A stretch of DNA of 20,000 nt from Chiloscyllium plagiosum (Eukaryota): positions 17,524,645-17,544,644 of the forward strand of contig NC_057749.1 of the NCBI RefSeq assembly GCF_004010195.1. Direction: 5' to 3'. The translations under genes and the position numbers were made by a program. Shown here piece after piece: positions 9,765 through 18,478 of the stretch (positions are counted from its first letter, which is position 1; every line of letters starts with the position of its first letter). A model generated the notes under the pieces. The model saw only the letters and a program-made list of their open reading frames with translations, had not been told where the DNA came from and made no database searches.

Positions 9765-10205
9765 TGAATGGGACTGAACAGAGTCAATGCAGGAAGGATG
9801 TGCATGAAGACCGACGAGTCCAGAACCAGGCAGCACACTCTAAGGATCTGAGGACAGCCCTGTCGGACTGAGAGAAACGTCTCCACCCCGAAGGTGATGA
9901 GGCTCTTGGTTTCACTAAACGCAGAAAGCAGCTGAGGCCAAAACATTGTATGATTTCAACAAGGAGTTGGATATCGCATTTGGGGCTAAAGGGATCAAAG
10001 GAGTTGGGGGGAAAAGCAGGAACAGACCATTGAGTTGGATGCCAAGAGTGTGGTGCTGGAAAAGCACAGCAGGTAAGGCAGCATCTGAGGAGCAGGTGAA
10101 TCGATGTTTCGGAGAGTTGGATGGTCAGCCATGATCATACTGAATGGTGGTGCAGGCTCGAAGGGCAGAATGGCCTCCTCCAGCTCCTATTTTCTGTGTT
10201 TCTAC
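9765..10205 (+). mobile_element. CR1 LINE 3' fragment with a nested PLE piece
   Basis: DFNKELDIAFGAKGIKG, and 3' UTR CAGCCATGATCATACTGAATGGTGGTGCAGGCTCGAAGGGCAGAATGGCCTCCTCCAGCTCCT. Confidence 0.85.
10042..10113 (-). mobile_element. 72-bp PLE 3' fragment
   Basis: 10-bp TSD GAGTTGGATG (10032-10041 and 10114-10123). Homologous to the palindrome arms and truncated in hammerhead stem II. Confidence 0.85.
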
Positions 10206-10519
10206 ATGTCAATGTAACGTGGTGCAGCCATCAATGAGCTAAATATACTTCCCTTTCAGCTCATTATAAATATTTCATAGACATTGTAAACAGCTTCAAA
10301 TGGCACTGCTTTATAAGCTATCAAATATTATTGACAATTTCTCTTTTGTGACTGAACTCATCACAACCCCTCCGAGAAAAAACATTTCTAAAGCGAAAAG
10401 CTTTTCCAGTTCCTTCCTCACAACTCCAGCCTGGAAATCAGCTAGACGGCCTTTCCCTTTAAATATCCCAGCAATGAACCAGCGATGAATGTGTTTTTCA
10501 CTCACTCAGGACCTTGATC

Positions 10520-10790
10520 TCCCACTGGTGACCAACTGTGACTCCTAGTCCAGCAATCGCTCTATTTTAAAATCTGTAATTTCACATCCCACCTTGACCT
10601 CAGACCTTTCTCTCTCCCTGACCTTCTCCAGCTCCTCAAGGTGTCTGGAACTTCTCTAACTCTGGCCTTTTATCTATCTTCAGAGGACCTGACTCTGAGC
10701 TCTTTCCTATCTAATCCTCCCTCACTTCTGTTAAAATATTCTTCATTAAAACCTACGTCCTAGACCTTTCCTAATATCACATTTTGTGGC
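10520..10790 (+). mobile_element. Old L2 LINE 3' fragment
   Basis: GTCCAGCAATCGCTCTATTTTAAAAT...CCTTCTCCAGC...AACTCTGGCCT...TTAAAACCTAC matches my recollection of L2 ORF2 ends. Highly diverged. Confidence 0.55.
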
Positions 10791-10804
10791 AGGTTGTCAT
10801 ATTT

Positions 10805-11091
10805 GAATCATAGCATCATGTACATTGTGGAAGCAGGCCGTTCAGCCCATCAAGTCTATACCAACCCTCTGAAGAGCATCCCACCCAGACCCAACAGCGT
10901 AGCGTATCCCTGCATTTCCCATGGCTAATCCACCTAACCTGCACATCTTTGGACTGGGGAAGGAGACTGGAGCACCCGGAGGAAACCCATGCAGAGACTG
11001 GGAGAATGTGCAAATTCCGAGGCTGGAATCAAACCCAAATCCCTGGAGTTGTGGGGCAGCAGTGCTAACCACTGAGCCGTCGTGCTCTCCC
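10805..11091 (-). mobile_element. HE1-type V-SINE
   Basis: The minus strand reads GCACGACGGCTCAGTGGTTAGCACTGCTGCC...GGGTTTGATTCC...GCACATTCTCCCAGTCTCTGCATGGGTTTCCTCCGGGTGCTCC. Homologous to 4525-4840. Confidence 0.9.
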
Positions 11092-11129
11092 AGTATGTGT
11101 ACAGTAAAGTGCTGAATGACCATGTGAGG

Positions 11130-11305
11130 TCTCTCTCTCTCTCTCTCTCTCTGTTTCTCTATCTTTCTATCTCTTTCTCTCTATTTCCCTCTCTCTTTCT
11201 CTCTATGTCTTTCCCCACTCTCTCTCTCTGTCTCTGTCTCTATTGCTCTATCTTTCTATCTCTCTCTCTCTCTATCTCTCTCTTTCCCTCTCTCTCTCTC
11301 TCTCT
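11130..11305. repeat. Imperfect (CT)n microsatellite
   Basis: About 175-bp pyrimidine tract. Confidence 0.95.
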
Positions 11306-11907
11306 GTTGTGGCTGAGGATCAGATGTGCTGTCAGTGACTGCACCCACCACAATGCACCAGGCAGGGTACACAGCATTTCGACTGAGTCACCCCCTGTGA
11401 GAATGAACCTCCTGCTGGCAGGAATGAGTCTTGGGGAAATGACAACTCACTCTTTACTGCTCATTCAAACTAAGCTGCAGGTGGCAGCAGTGATGTTCAA
11501 AGATTTACACAAACCCAAGCTGGATTAAAGCACGGCAAATTACAGCAAGTGTACTTAATGGAATTGATGTCAGGTTAACATGAGCATTTGAATCTCTGCC
11601 ACTCTTGGTCAGTGATTAAAATATGATTCTGTGTGATAGAAGCTGACTGATCTATTTGCAAGTTAGTAAGCTCACAGCTGATGCTGCAGAATGTAACATT
11701 TCCATTCCCTTTGTACATCATTGGAGTCTCTGTTGTAACTGACTGTTACTGCCTGACACCTCAATACTGCCATCGTTTACGTTGTTACAAACGATGCGTA
11801 ACTGAGACCGTCTCTTAAATATTGAAGTTCACCCCCATGCTGCAGTCATCCGTAGGTGAAACAGGTTTGGGTTTTTTGATACAGAATGTGGTTAGCTCAG
11901 TCCATGA

Positions 11908-12006
11908 AGGATTCAGTTCCTGAAGAAGGGCTTATGCCCGATACGTCGATTCTCCTGCTCCTTGGATGCTGCCTGACCTGCTGCGCTTTTCCAGCAACAC
12001 ATTTTC
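11908..12006 (+). mobile_element. Short PLE 3' fragment with a hammerhead carrying GAAA->GATA
   Basis: 14-bp TSD AGCTCAGTCCATGA (11894-11907 and 12007-12020). TTC|CTGAAGA|A|GGGC-TTAT-GCCC|GATA|CG|TC|GAT. Confidence 0.88.
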
Positions 12007-12205
12007 AGCTCAGTCCATGACATGCCTGATGTTTGCTGTCAGTAACAATGGGAGTGCAGTTTGAATCCCCACAGAGACTGAGGTACGTGTCTAATCCCAC
12101 AGCAATAGCTTGGCATGATTAACAACCCAGTGAGGATGCCAAGTGACAGAGAGAGAGAATGCTAATATAAACTCTCTTCCTCATATGGCTTTTTTCTCTC
12201 TGTCC

Positions 12206-12372
12206 AAGGAGCAGGAGAATTGACGTTTCGGGCATGAGCCCTTCAGTGATTCCTGAAGAAGGAACGTTGATTCTCCTGTTCCTTGGATGCTGCCTGACCT
12301 GCTGTGCTTTTCCAGCAACACATTTTCAGCTCTGATCTCCAGCATCTGCAGTCCTCACTTTCTCCTAGAAGA
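12206..12372. mobile_element. Asymmetric palindromic PLE-derived insertion
   Basis: 16-bp TSD TTTTTTCTCTCTGTCC (12190-12205 and 12373-12388). A short inverted left arm and a full right arm ending CTCACTTTCTCC. Both hammerheads are internally deleted. Confidence 0.88.
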
Positions 12373-12771
12373 TTTTTTCTCTCTGTCCTCAGCCCTTTCC
12401 ACCAACTCCATCCCTTCCCCCCGAGCTACCATCTCAGGTTAATGTTCACAATCAGAGTGTTCTATTTCCCCCTCAGCTCAGCCTCTAGCTGATGTTCCCT
12501 GTCATCTAAGTGTCTGCCCCAGCCTTTCGACGTGTGCAACTTGGCGTCTGGTTGTATTGATGTTTGATTCTGGAAGTCGCTGCTGCTCCCTGTGACATCA
12601 GGAAGAATGAGGCAGACATAAGCTTCTAGCCCCACACTCTGTCCGTGACCAAGACCCCTTCCCAAAACCACACCCAACTCTGCAACTCTATCCACCTCAG
12701 CCTCACTTCAGTCTATTTGCTGTCCAGTCCCTCGTCCGTGCTGTCAGTACGTCTAGATTGGACTATTCTAT

Positions 12772-12989
12772 CGACCTGTGACCTCTTTTCCTTCACAATG
12801 CAGACATCTGACCTTGAACAACATCCTGCTTCTCTTTGAATAATCTCACACCCCTCCCCGTTGTTCACTGACTGAGTGAGCGACCTGTGACCTCTTTTCC
12901 TTCACAATGCAGACATCTGACCTTTGAACAACATCCTGCTTCTCTTGAATAATCTCACACCCCTCCCCGTTGTTCACTGACTGAGTGAG
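12772..12989. repeat. Head-to-tail duplication of a 109-bp unique segment
   Basis: 12772-12880 and 12881-12989 are identical except for two single-T indels. Confidence 0.95.
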
Positions 12990-13036
12990 CTCAGGGTTAA
13001 TATTCTCATCGTCTTGTTGAAGTCTGTCCATGACCT

Positions 13037-13420
13037 TGAGGTTGAGAGGTGACCTTATAAAGGTTTATAAAACCATGAGGGGTATAGATAAGGTGAACTG
13101 CAGGTGTCTTTTCCCTGGGGTGGGGGATTTCAAGACTAGGGGCACATTGTTAAGGAGAGAGGAGAGAGATTTAACAAAGACATGAAGGACAGATTTTTTT
13201 TAACACAGAGCATGGCTCAGTTACGGGATGAACTTCCAGAGGAAGTGACAGATGTGGGCACAGTTACAACATTGAGAAGACATTTAGATAAGTACATGAG
13301 TAGGAAATGTTTGGAGGGACATGGGTCCAGTGCAGGCAGGTGGGACACGTTTAGTTTCGGATTATGATCGACGTAGACTGGTTGGAGTGAAGGGTCTGTT
13401 TCCATGCTGAATAACTGAAT
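13037..13420 (+). mobile_element. CR1 (HER1-like) LINE 3' fragment
   Basis: RLRGDLIKVYKTMRGIDKVN...FKTRGH...DELPEEVTDVGTVTTLRRHLDKYMSRKCLEGHG, and tail GAAGGGTCTGTTTCCATGCTG. Confidence 0.9.
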
Positions 13421-13664
13421 AACCTCTCCCCACTATCTCTGTCGACTCTCTAATGGCTCTGTTCCCTTTGTCTCTGGTTTGGTGTTTACTCCCTTGACTG
13501 GCAGAGTCAATGTAAACAAGCTTCAGGCTGAATGTAATCCACACACCAGGCAGATACATAGGTCACTTATTCACCTCCTGTTGAATGTGAGCCATCTCCC
13601 GTCCCAAACTTCAAAATCTTTTTGGTGCTGTTTATATTGAAAGCACAGCTCCGAAAGCCTCCCA

Positions 13665-13740
13665 GGATTCAATAGCTCCTTGTGAAATACCTTGGAACAT
13701 TTTGCAATGTTAATGGATCTGTCCCTCAATAAGTTGTTAA
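13665..13740 (+). mobile_element. Possible L2-type 3' tail remnant
   Basis: GCTCCTTGTGAAATACCTTGGAACATTTTGCAATGTTAATGG...AAGTTGTT resembles the L2 tail (TGTGAAGCGCCTTGGG...AAAGGCGCTATATAAA). Confidence 0.4.
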
Positions 13741-14281
13741 TGTATAAGGCAACTGGGAATGAGGATAAGCAGAAATCAACTCCAGCGCTTTCTCCAAACC
13801 ATTCCCAATCCATCAATGCCATTTTGAAGGTAGGGTGTCTGCTTTCCACAGTATACCAAGTGTCTTCTCAATGATGATTTATACTGTGTTAAAATAACCT
13901 TTCTCAGTTCATGGTAAAAAGCCCTTGAGGGGTGTCTTGTAGTTTGATTGACGATTTACCTTGTGTGTGTGAATGTTCTGAATATTCCTATCTTCCTATT
14001 TTAACACCAGTGGCAGATTGATTAGATACTTTCAATAGCGCCGCTTGGAAAATTGTAGGATTCATTATTTGAAATTCTTCTTCTCATTGACACTAGCTTA
14101 TTCATTTTGTGTAACAAGTCCATCGAAGTGCAGTGCAGTTGTCGCTGTTGGTTTGGTGGAGTTCCGAAGTCACTCGCTATATTGTTCATACCCACACTCT
14201 GACCAGCGACCCAAGAACCAATTAGAGAGTTGTCATCAGACAGATCACCTTCCACATCCACTACTGGTTGCAATTGCATGA

Positions 14282-14347
14282 GCTAATCATTTCCTTGTTG
14301 CTGATCAGTCACTTGTTACTAATCAGTCACTTGTTGCTGATTAGTTC
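14282..14347. repeat. 18-bp tandem repeat, about 3.7 copies (CTTGTTGCTGATCAGTCA)
   Basis: Full units start at 14294, 14312 and 14330. Confidence 0.9.
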
Positions 14348-14369
14348 CCTGTTGGCAGTTGAATATTAT

Positions 14370-14634
14370 CGAATTTTGAGAAGATGTGTAGCTCAGGTTG
14401 AGGTTCTGGATGTAGATTTGCTCACTGAGCAGGAAGGTTTGTTTTCAGACGTTTCATCACCAGACTAGGTAACATCTTCATTGAGCCTCCGGATGAGGCA
14501 CTGGTGGTATGGCCCGTTTTCTATGTATATGTTTGAGTTTTCTTGGTGCCCACTCAGACTCACTGAAGATGTTACCTAGAATGTGCTGAAACATCTGAAA
14601 ACGAACCTTCCAGCTCAGCGAGCACACCTACATC
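14370..14634. mobile_element. Older palindromic PLE-derived insertion of another family, with two decayed hammerheads
   Basis: Imperfect inverted arms at about 14406-14486 and 14558-14637. 14-bp TSD with 2 mismatches (14356-14369 and 14635-14648). Motifs TCA|ATGAAGA|T|GTTACC-TAGTCT-GGTGAT|GAAA|CG|TC|TGA (- strand, 14445-14484) and TCA|CTGAAGA|T|GTTACC...|GAAA|CA|TC|TGA (+ strand, 14560-14598). Confidence 0.82.
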
Positions 14635-14813
14635 CAGTCGAATGTTATTTTATCACACCTTGGTGCAGTGCCATCTGTCCTTACAGATCCCCCCCACTGC
14701 TTCCAAAGCAACAGTGTTAGCACAACTTACAATGAGTTTCAGTAATTTAAAAAAAAATACAGAAATTCCTTCCTCCATTCTTTGTTTGTAAAGACAATCC
14801 TTTTCACAATTCA

Positions 14814-14909
14814 GTCAAGAATGTGGTGCTGGGAAAGTACAGCCAGTCAGGCAGCATCCGAGGAGCAGGAGAATCAGTTTTTCAAGCATAAGTTCTTCAT
14901 CAGGAAAGG
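14814..14909 (-). mobile_element. Short PLE 3' fragment with a decayed hammerhead
   Basis: 15-bp TSD with 2 mismatches (14799-14813 and 14910-14924). The minus strand begins TTCCTGATGAAGAACTTATGCTTGAAA. Confidence 0.8.
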
Positions 14910-14969
14910 CCTTCTCACAACTCAACCAAGTAAATTACAAAATAAATGTGGCCTTTACTTTGGAAGGAA

Positions 14970-15058
14970 TCTAAACAGAAAATACTGAAGATATGCGGCA
15001 GGTCTGACAGTATCTGGAGTGAGAGAGTTGTCTTAATGTTTCAGGTCTCTGATCCTTC
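14970..15058 (-). mobile_element. Very decayed PLE 3' fragment
   Basis: AAACAGAAAATACTGAAGA..GCAGGTCTGACAGTATCTGGAG..AATGTTTCAGGTC..GATCCTTC is similar to the reverse complement of 3336-3434. Confidence 0.55.
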
Positions 15059-15230
15059 CGCATGCTGCAGCAGGTTATGAATACATAAAAGGAAGATGGT
15101 ACAGGTAAACGTAGGTAATAATGGGACACATCATGAAACAGAACAAATGAGCCAAGCTCGAAATGGTTTCAATGCTGCTGTCTGGAAAATGGCAGCAATG
15201 ATTACTGTCTTAAATTGTAGAATTCAGTGT

Positions 15231-15467
15231 AGGAGCAAATTATAGCAGATGCTGGAATCTATACTGAAAACAACAAATGCTGGAGATCACAGCAAGTCAG
15301 ACAGCATCCATGGAGAGAGACCAAGCTAATGTTTCAAGTCCATTTCTCTCTCTCTCTGTGTCTCTCTCTGTCTCTCTATCTCTGTCTCTCTCTCTGTCTG
15401 TCTCTATCTCTCTCTTTCCCTCTCTCTCTATGGATGCTGCCTGCCCCACAGTATTTGTTGTTTTCAC
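15231..15467. mobile_element. Old palindromic PLE-derived insertion with an internal (CT)n expansion
   Basis: Arms TGAAAACAACAAATGCTG..CAGCATCCATGGAGAGAG and CTCTCTATGGATGCTG..CAGTATTTGTTGTTTTCA. 16-bp TSD with 3 mismatches (15215-15230 and 15468-15483). CT tract at 15343-15429. Confidence 0.72.
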
Positions 15468-16164
15468 TTGTAGAACTCGATGTTGAGGGTGGTAAGTTGC
15501 GAAGGGCTGAGTTAAAAGATACAGTGCAGTTCCTGGAGATTCAGTTGAATTTCATTGGAAGGAAGGATTTTCAAGTGATCATCGTGATTGGGATCAAGTT
15601 GATCCACTAGGATAGGAAAATGAAATGGGGATATTGTGAACTGGGTTTGATCTATGACAAAGGGAAGGACTTGCATGACCTACTGATTATTCAAGTGGCA
15701 TTTTGATATTTTTCTTCAAAGTAACTGTAATTGTGGCTATTATTCACACAGACTGATCTCAGTGTTTAAATGGCTTGGAACTGAATGTAAGATCAGAGGG
15801 AAAAGGGTTTCAATGAACGGCCAACAGCAGGTATCACACAGAGGAACAAGTTTCAATGAAAGCACAGCTGCATTAAATACATTATCAGCAATTCATTTCC
15901 AATCAACAGTAATTACTGGAAGCCTTTAAGCATCTGTTGGTTTGGTAAACTTAAACAAATCAGATGTTGCTTGTCTTGAAATGATTTCCATTGCTAATTA
16001 TTACTGCAGGAGCTAACAGAAACCTCTTCAAACAAATATCAGCAATTAACAATGACAGTGACACGCCATTGGAAGCAGCTGGCTGCATTGGTGCAGATTA
16101 CATTGGCAAGAAACCTGATCATTTTCTTGTAGTCCTGAGCAGAGCAACATAGGTCCATACGTGT

Positions 16165-16245
16165 TGCAAACTGATTGTGCTAGTGGCAGTGTGCAAACTG
16201 ATTGTGCTAGTGGCAGTGTGCAAACTGATTGTGCTCGTGGCAGTG
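16165..16245. repeat. 27-bp tandem repeat, 3 copies (TGCAAACTGATTGTGCTAGTGGCAGTG)
   Basis: One mismatch, in copy 3. Confidence 0.95.
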
Positions 16246-16599
16246 ACTGTAACATCATGGTAGACCCAGAGACTTGGGGGCGAGATGTGGTGTAAAGGGT
16301 TAATTTAAGATGTGATTTGCTAATGAGATACAGCGCACCTCAACCTAAAGCAATACAATGTCATGTGATCCTACTCTCATACAAGCTCATGGTGAGAAGA
16401 AGAAGCAGTGAGATGTTTCTCAAATCGAGTTAATTCTTTCCTCAGCCAACTCTGTAAATGTTCTTTCACATCACAGCAACACCAAGAATACTATAGTGAC
16501 CACTACACTGGTCTGTTACTGTTGACTGACCAAGATCAATACCACACAGAGGAAGTTGAGTTGGAGAGACCGAGGATTTAAATCCAGGAATTTGGGGGA

Positions 16600-17063
16600 G
16601 AGAGGATGTTACTCGGACTGGAGAGTTTGAGTTATGAGGAAACGCTGAATAAGCTGAGGCATTTTTCACCGGAGTGTAGGAGGTTGAGGGGTGACCTTAT
16701 GGAGGCTTATAAAATCATGATGGATACAGGTAAATAGCAAAGCTCTTTTCCTTAGGTTGGGGGAGTTTAAAACTAAGGGGCATATTTTTAAGGTGAGAGG
16801 AGAAAGATTTTAAAAAGACGCAACAGACAACTTTTTTACACAGAGCGTGGTTCGTGTGTGGAATGAACTGTCAGAGGAAATGGTGGATGCAGGTACAGTT
16901 ACAACATTTAAAAGACATTTAGATAGGTCCATGGACAGGAAAGGTTTAGAGGGATATGGACTAAGTGCGGACAAATGGGACTCGTTTAGTTTGGGAAACT
17001 TGGTTGGCATGGATGTGTTGGACTGGAGAGTCGGTTTCTGTGCTGTGTGACTCTAAGACTCTG
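16600..17063 (+). mobile_element. CR1 (HER1-like) LINE 3' fragment
   Basis: GLESLSYEETLNKL..RRLRGDLMEAYKIM..VVRVWNELSEEMVDAGTVTTFKRHLDRSMDRKGLEGYG, with tail TGACTCTAAGACTCT. Homologous to 13037-13420. Confidence 0.92.
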
Positions 17064-17208
17064 TAACTGACATTTTGCATTTAGCATAAGTAAAACTAAG
17101 TGGCAGTTTTCATTCAGACTTGGCCAAGGCATAGATGCAGTCGGGTAACTAGTCTGAACTGATTTTTTAGCCAGAAGTATCTGATGTAGCTCATTGATAA
17201 GCATTTTA

Positions 17209-17320
17209 AAGATGTTACCCAATATGCTGACGAAACGACTGGAAATGAACCTTCCAGCTCAGCGAGCAAACCTACATCTAGAACCTCAACCTGAGGGCTA
17301 CAAATCTTCTCAAAACTTGC
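17209..17320 (+). mobile_element. Short PLE 3' fragment (same family as 14370-14634), truncated within the hammerhead core
   Basis: AAGATGTTACCCAATATGCTGACGAAACGACTGG...CCTTCCAGCTCAGCGAGCAAACCTACATC. Confidence 0.78.
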
Positions 17321-17379
17321 TGTTTTACAGCCAATTACCACTGAAGCAGTCTGGACATTGTTGTAATTTATACTAAAAA

Positions 17380-18005
17380 GTCATGGGAGTGACTGTCACT
17401 GACAATATCAACTTGTGTTATTCATCTTCAATTACCCTTGAACCAGATGCCTCGCTTAGCCACTTGAGAGGGTTATTCAGTGTGGGTCTGGAGTCACATG
17501 TAGGCCAGACTGGGTAAGGATGGCACATTTCCTTCCCTAAAAACATGGTAAGCTCTTAGAACAGTCAGGACATTTCACAATCACTGTTACTGCCTATAGA
17601 TGTTTATTTGGGGGGGGGTGGTTTGGGAGGGTGTAATGATAATATTGCTAGTGTAGCAATCCAGAATGCCAGGCCAATGTATTGGTGACATGGGTATAAA
17701 TCCAGATGGTGACATTTCGATTTGTTAAAATCTGGATTAGAGAGCTGGCCTCACATGACCATATAACCACACACCCCATCTGGCTTACTAATGTTCTTCA
17801 GGGAATGAAATCTGCCATCCTTACCCGGTCTAACCTGCATGTGACTCCAGACCCACAGCAATGTGGTTGCCTCTTAACTGCCCTCTGGGTTATTAGAAAT
17901 GGGGAATAAATGTTGGCCCAGCCAGTGATATCCTGTCAATGAATTAAAAAGTACCCAATTTATTTAGTTGACCCCAACTGCTTTGGTAAGATTCGAACTC
18001 ATGCC
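17380..18005 (-). mobile_element. Decayed tRNA-derived SINE interrupted by an opposite-strand relative
   Basis: Core GTGGGTCTGGAGTCACATGTAGGCCAGACTGGGTAAGGATGGCACATTTCCTTCCCTAAA at about 17482-17541, and a B-box remnant GATTCGAACTC near 17990. Confidence 0.6.
17630..17950 (+). mobile_element. tRNA-derived SINE (shark family with a GTGACTCCAGACCCACAGC core)
   Basis: Decayed A and B boxes, core AAATCTGCCATCCTTACC..ATGTGACTCCAGACCCACAGCAATGTGGTTG, and tail AATAAATGTTGGCC..AATGAATTAAAAA. Confidence 0.78.
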
Positions 18006-18044
18006 TATAAAAGTATTCCATGTGATATTTTATGTTCACCCAGG

Positions 18045-18200
18045 AGGTGGCCAGGCCTTAGCATTAGTATGGATAGCCCTCCCCCAGCAGTGCGCTGGGT
18101 AATAACAGCCTGGATCTAGTGCTCAACTCTCTGAGATGGCCCTCAAGGTCCCAGAGCCTTACTCTGAGAGCCGCCTTAGTAAGGAGCCATGGCTGATACC
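18045..18200 (-). mobile_element. Decayed 5' half of a DeuSINE (SacSINE1-like)
   Basis: CAGCCTGGATCTAGTGCTCAACTCTCTGAGATGG...GAGCCATGGCTGATAC resembles the reverse complement of the SINE head. Confidence 0.5.
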
Positions 18201-18445
18201 AGCTTGGGCACTGGGGCAGAGGAGCAGCAACTTTTAGAGTTTGTTTACAAGAGATGTAACTCAGGACAGGTAGAGCTTGTGGTGTACTGACTAAACAACA
18301 GCTGGGAGAGAGTTAGGGTTGTGTGCGTGAGGGAGTGTCAGCCATGCCAGTTGTGTGCCATGGCATTGCCAGGGAGCGGTGGTATCGGATTGGCAACAGT
18401 TGTCCAGGTATGGCCTTTCAAAGATGGTGCAGACTCAAGAGGTGA

Positions 18446-18478
18446 TGCACTTTTGGCCAATATCCACTAGGGGGTGAG
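18446..18478 (+). promoter_or_regulatory. Candidate CTCF site
   Basis: Core CCACTAGGGGGTGA at 18464-18477, plus TGCAC starting 18 nt upstream, a spacing similar to the CTCF upstream motif. Motif match only. Confidence 0.35.

Noticed and set aside
11082..11528. 148-aa Ser/Leu-rich, membrane-like ORF
   Set aside because: Translation of a (CT)n microsatellite.
13030..13425. TSD ATGACCT/ATAACCT and an exon split by the CR1
   Set aside because: The match cannot be separated from the CR1 tail repeat, and rejoining the flanks gives stops in all three minus-strand frames.
11265..15430. Shared word TCTCTATCTCTCTCTTTCCCTCTCTCTCT in two CT tracts
   Set aside because: Low-complexity convergence is a sufficient explanation.
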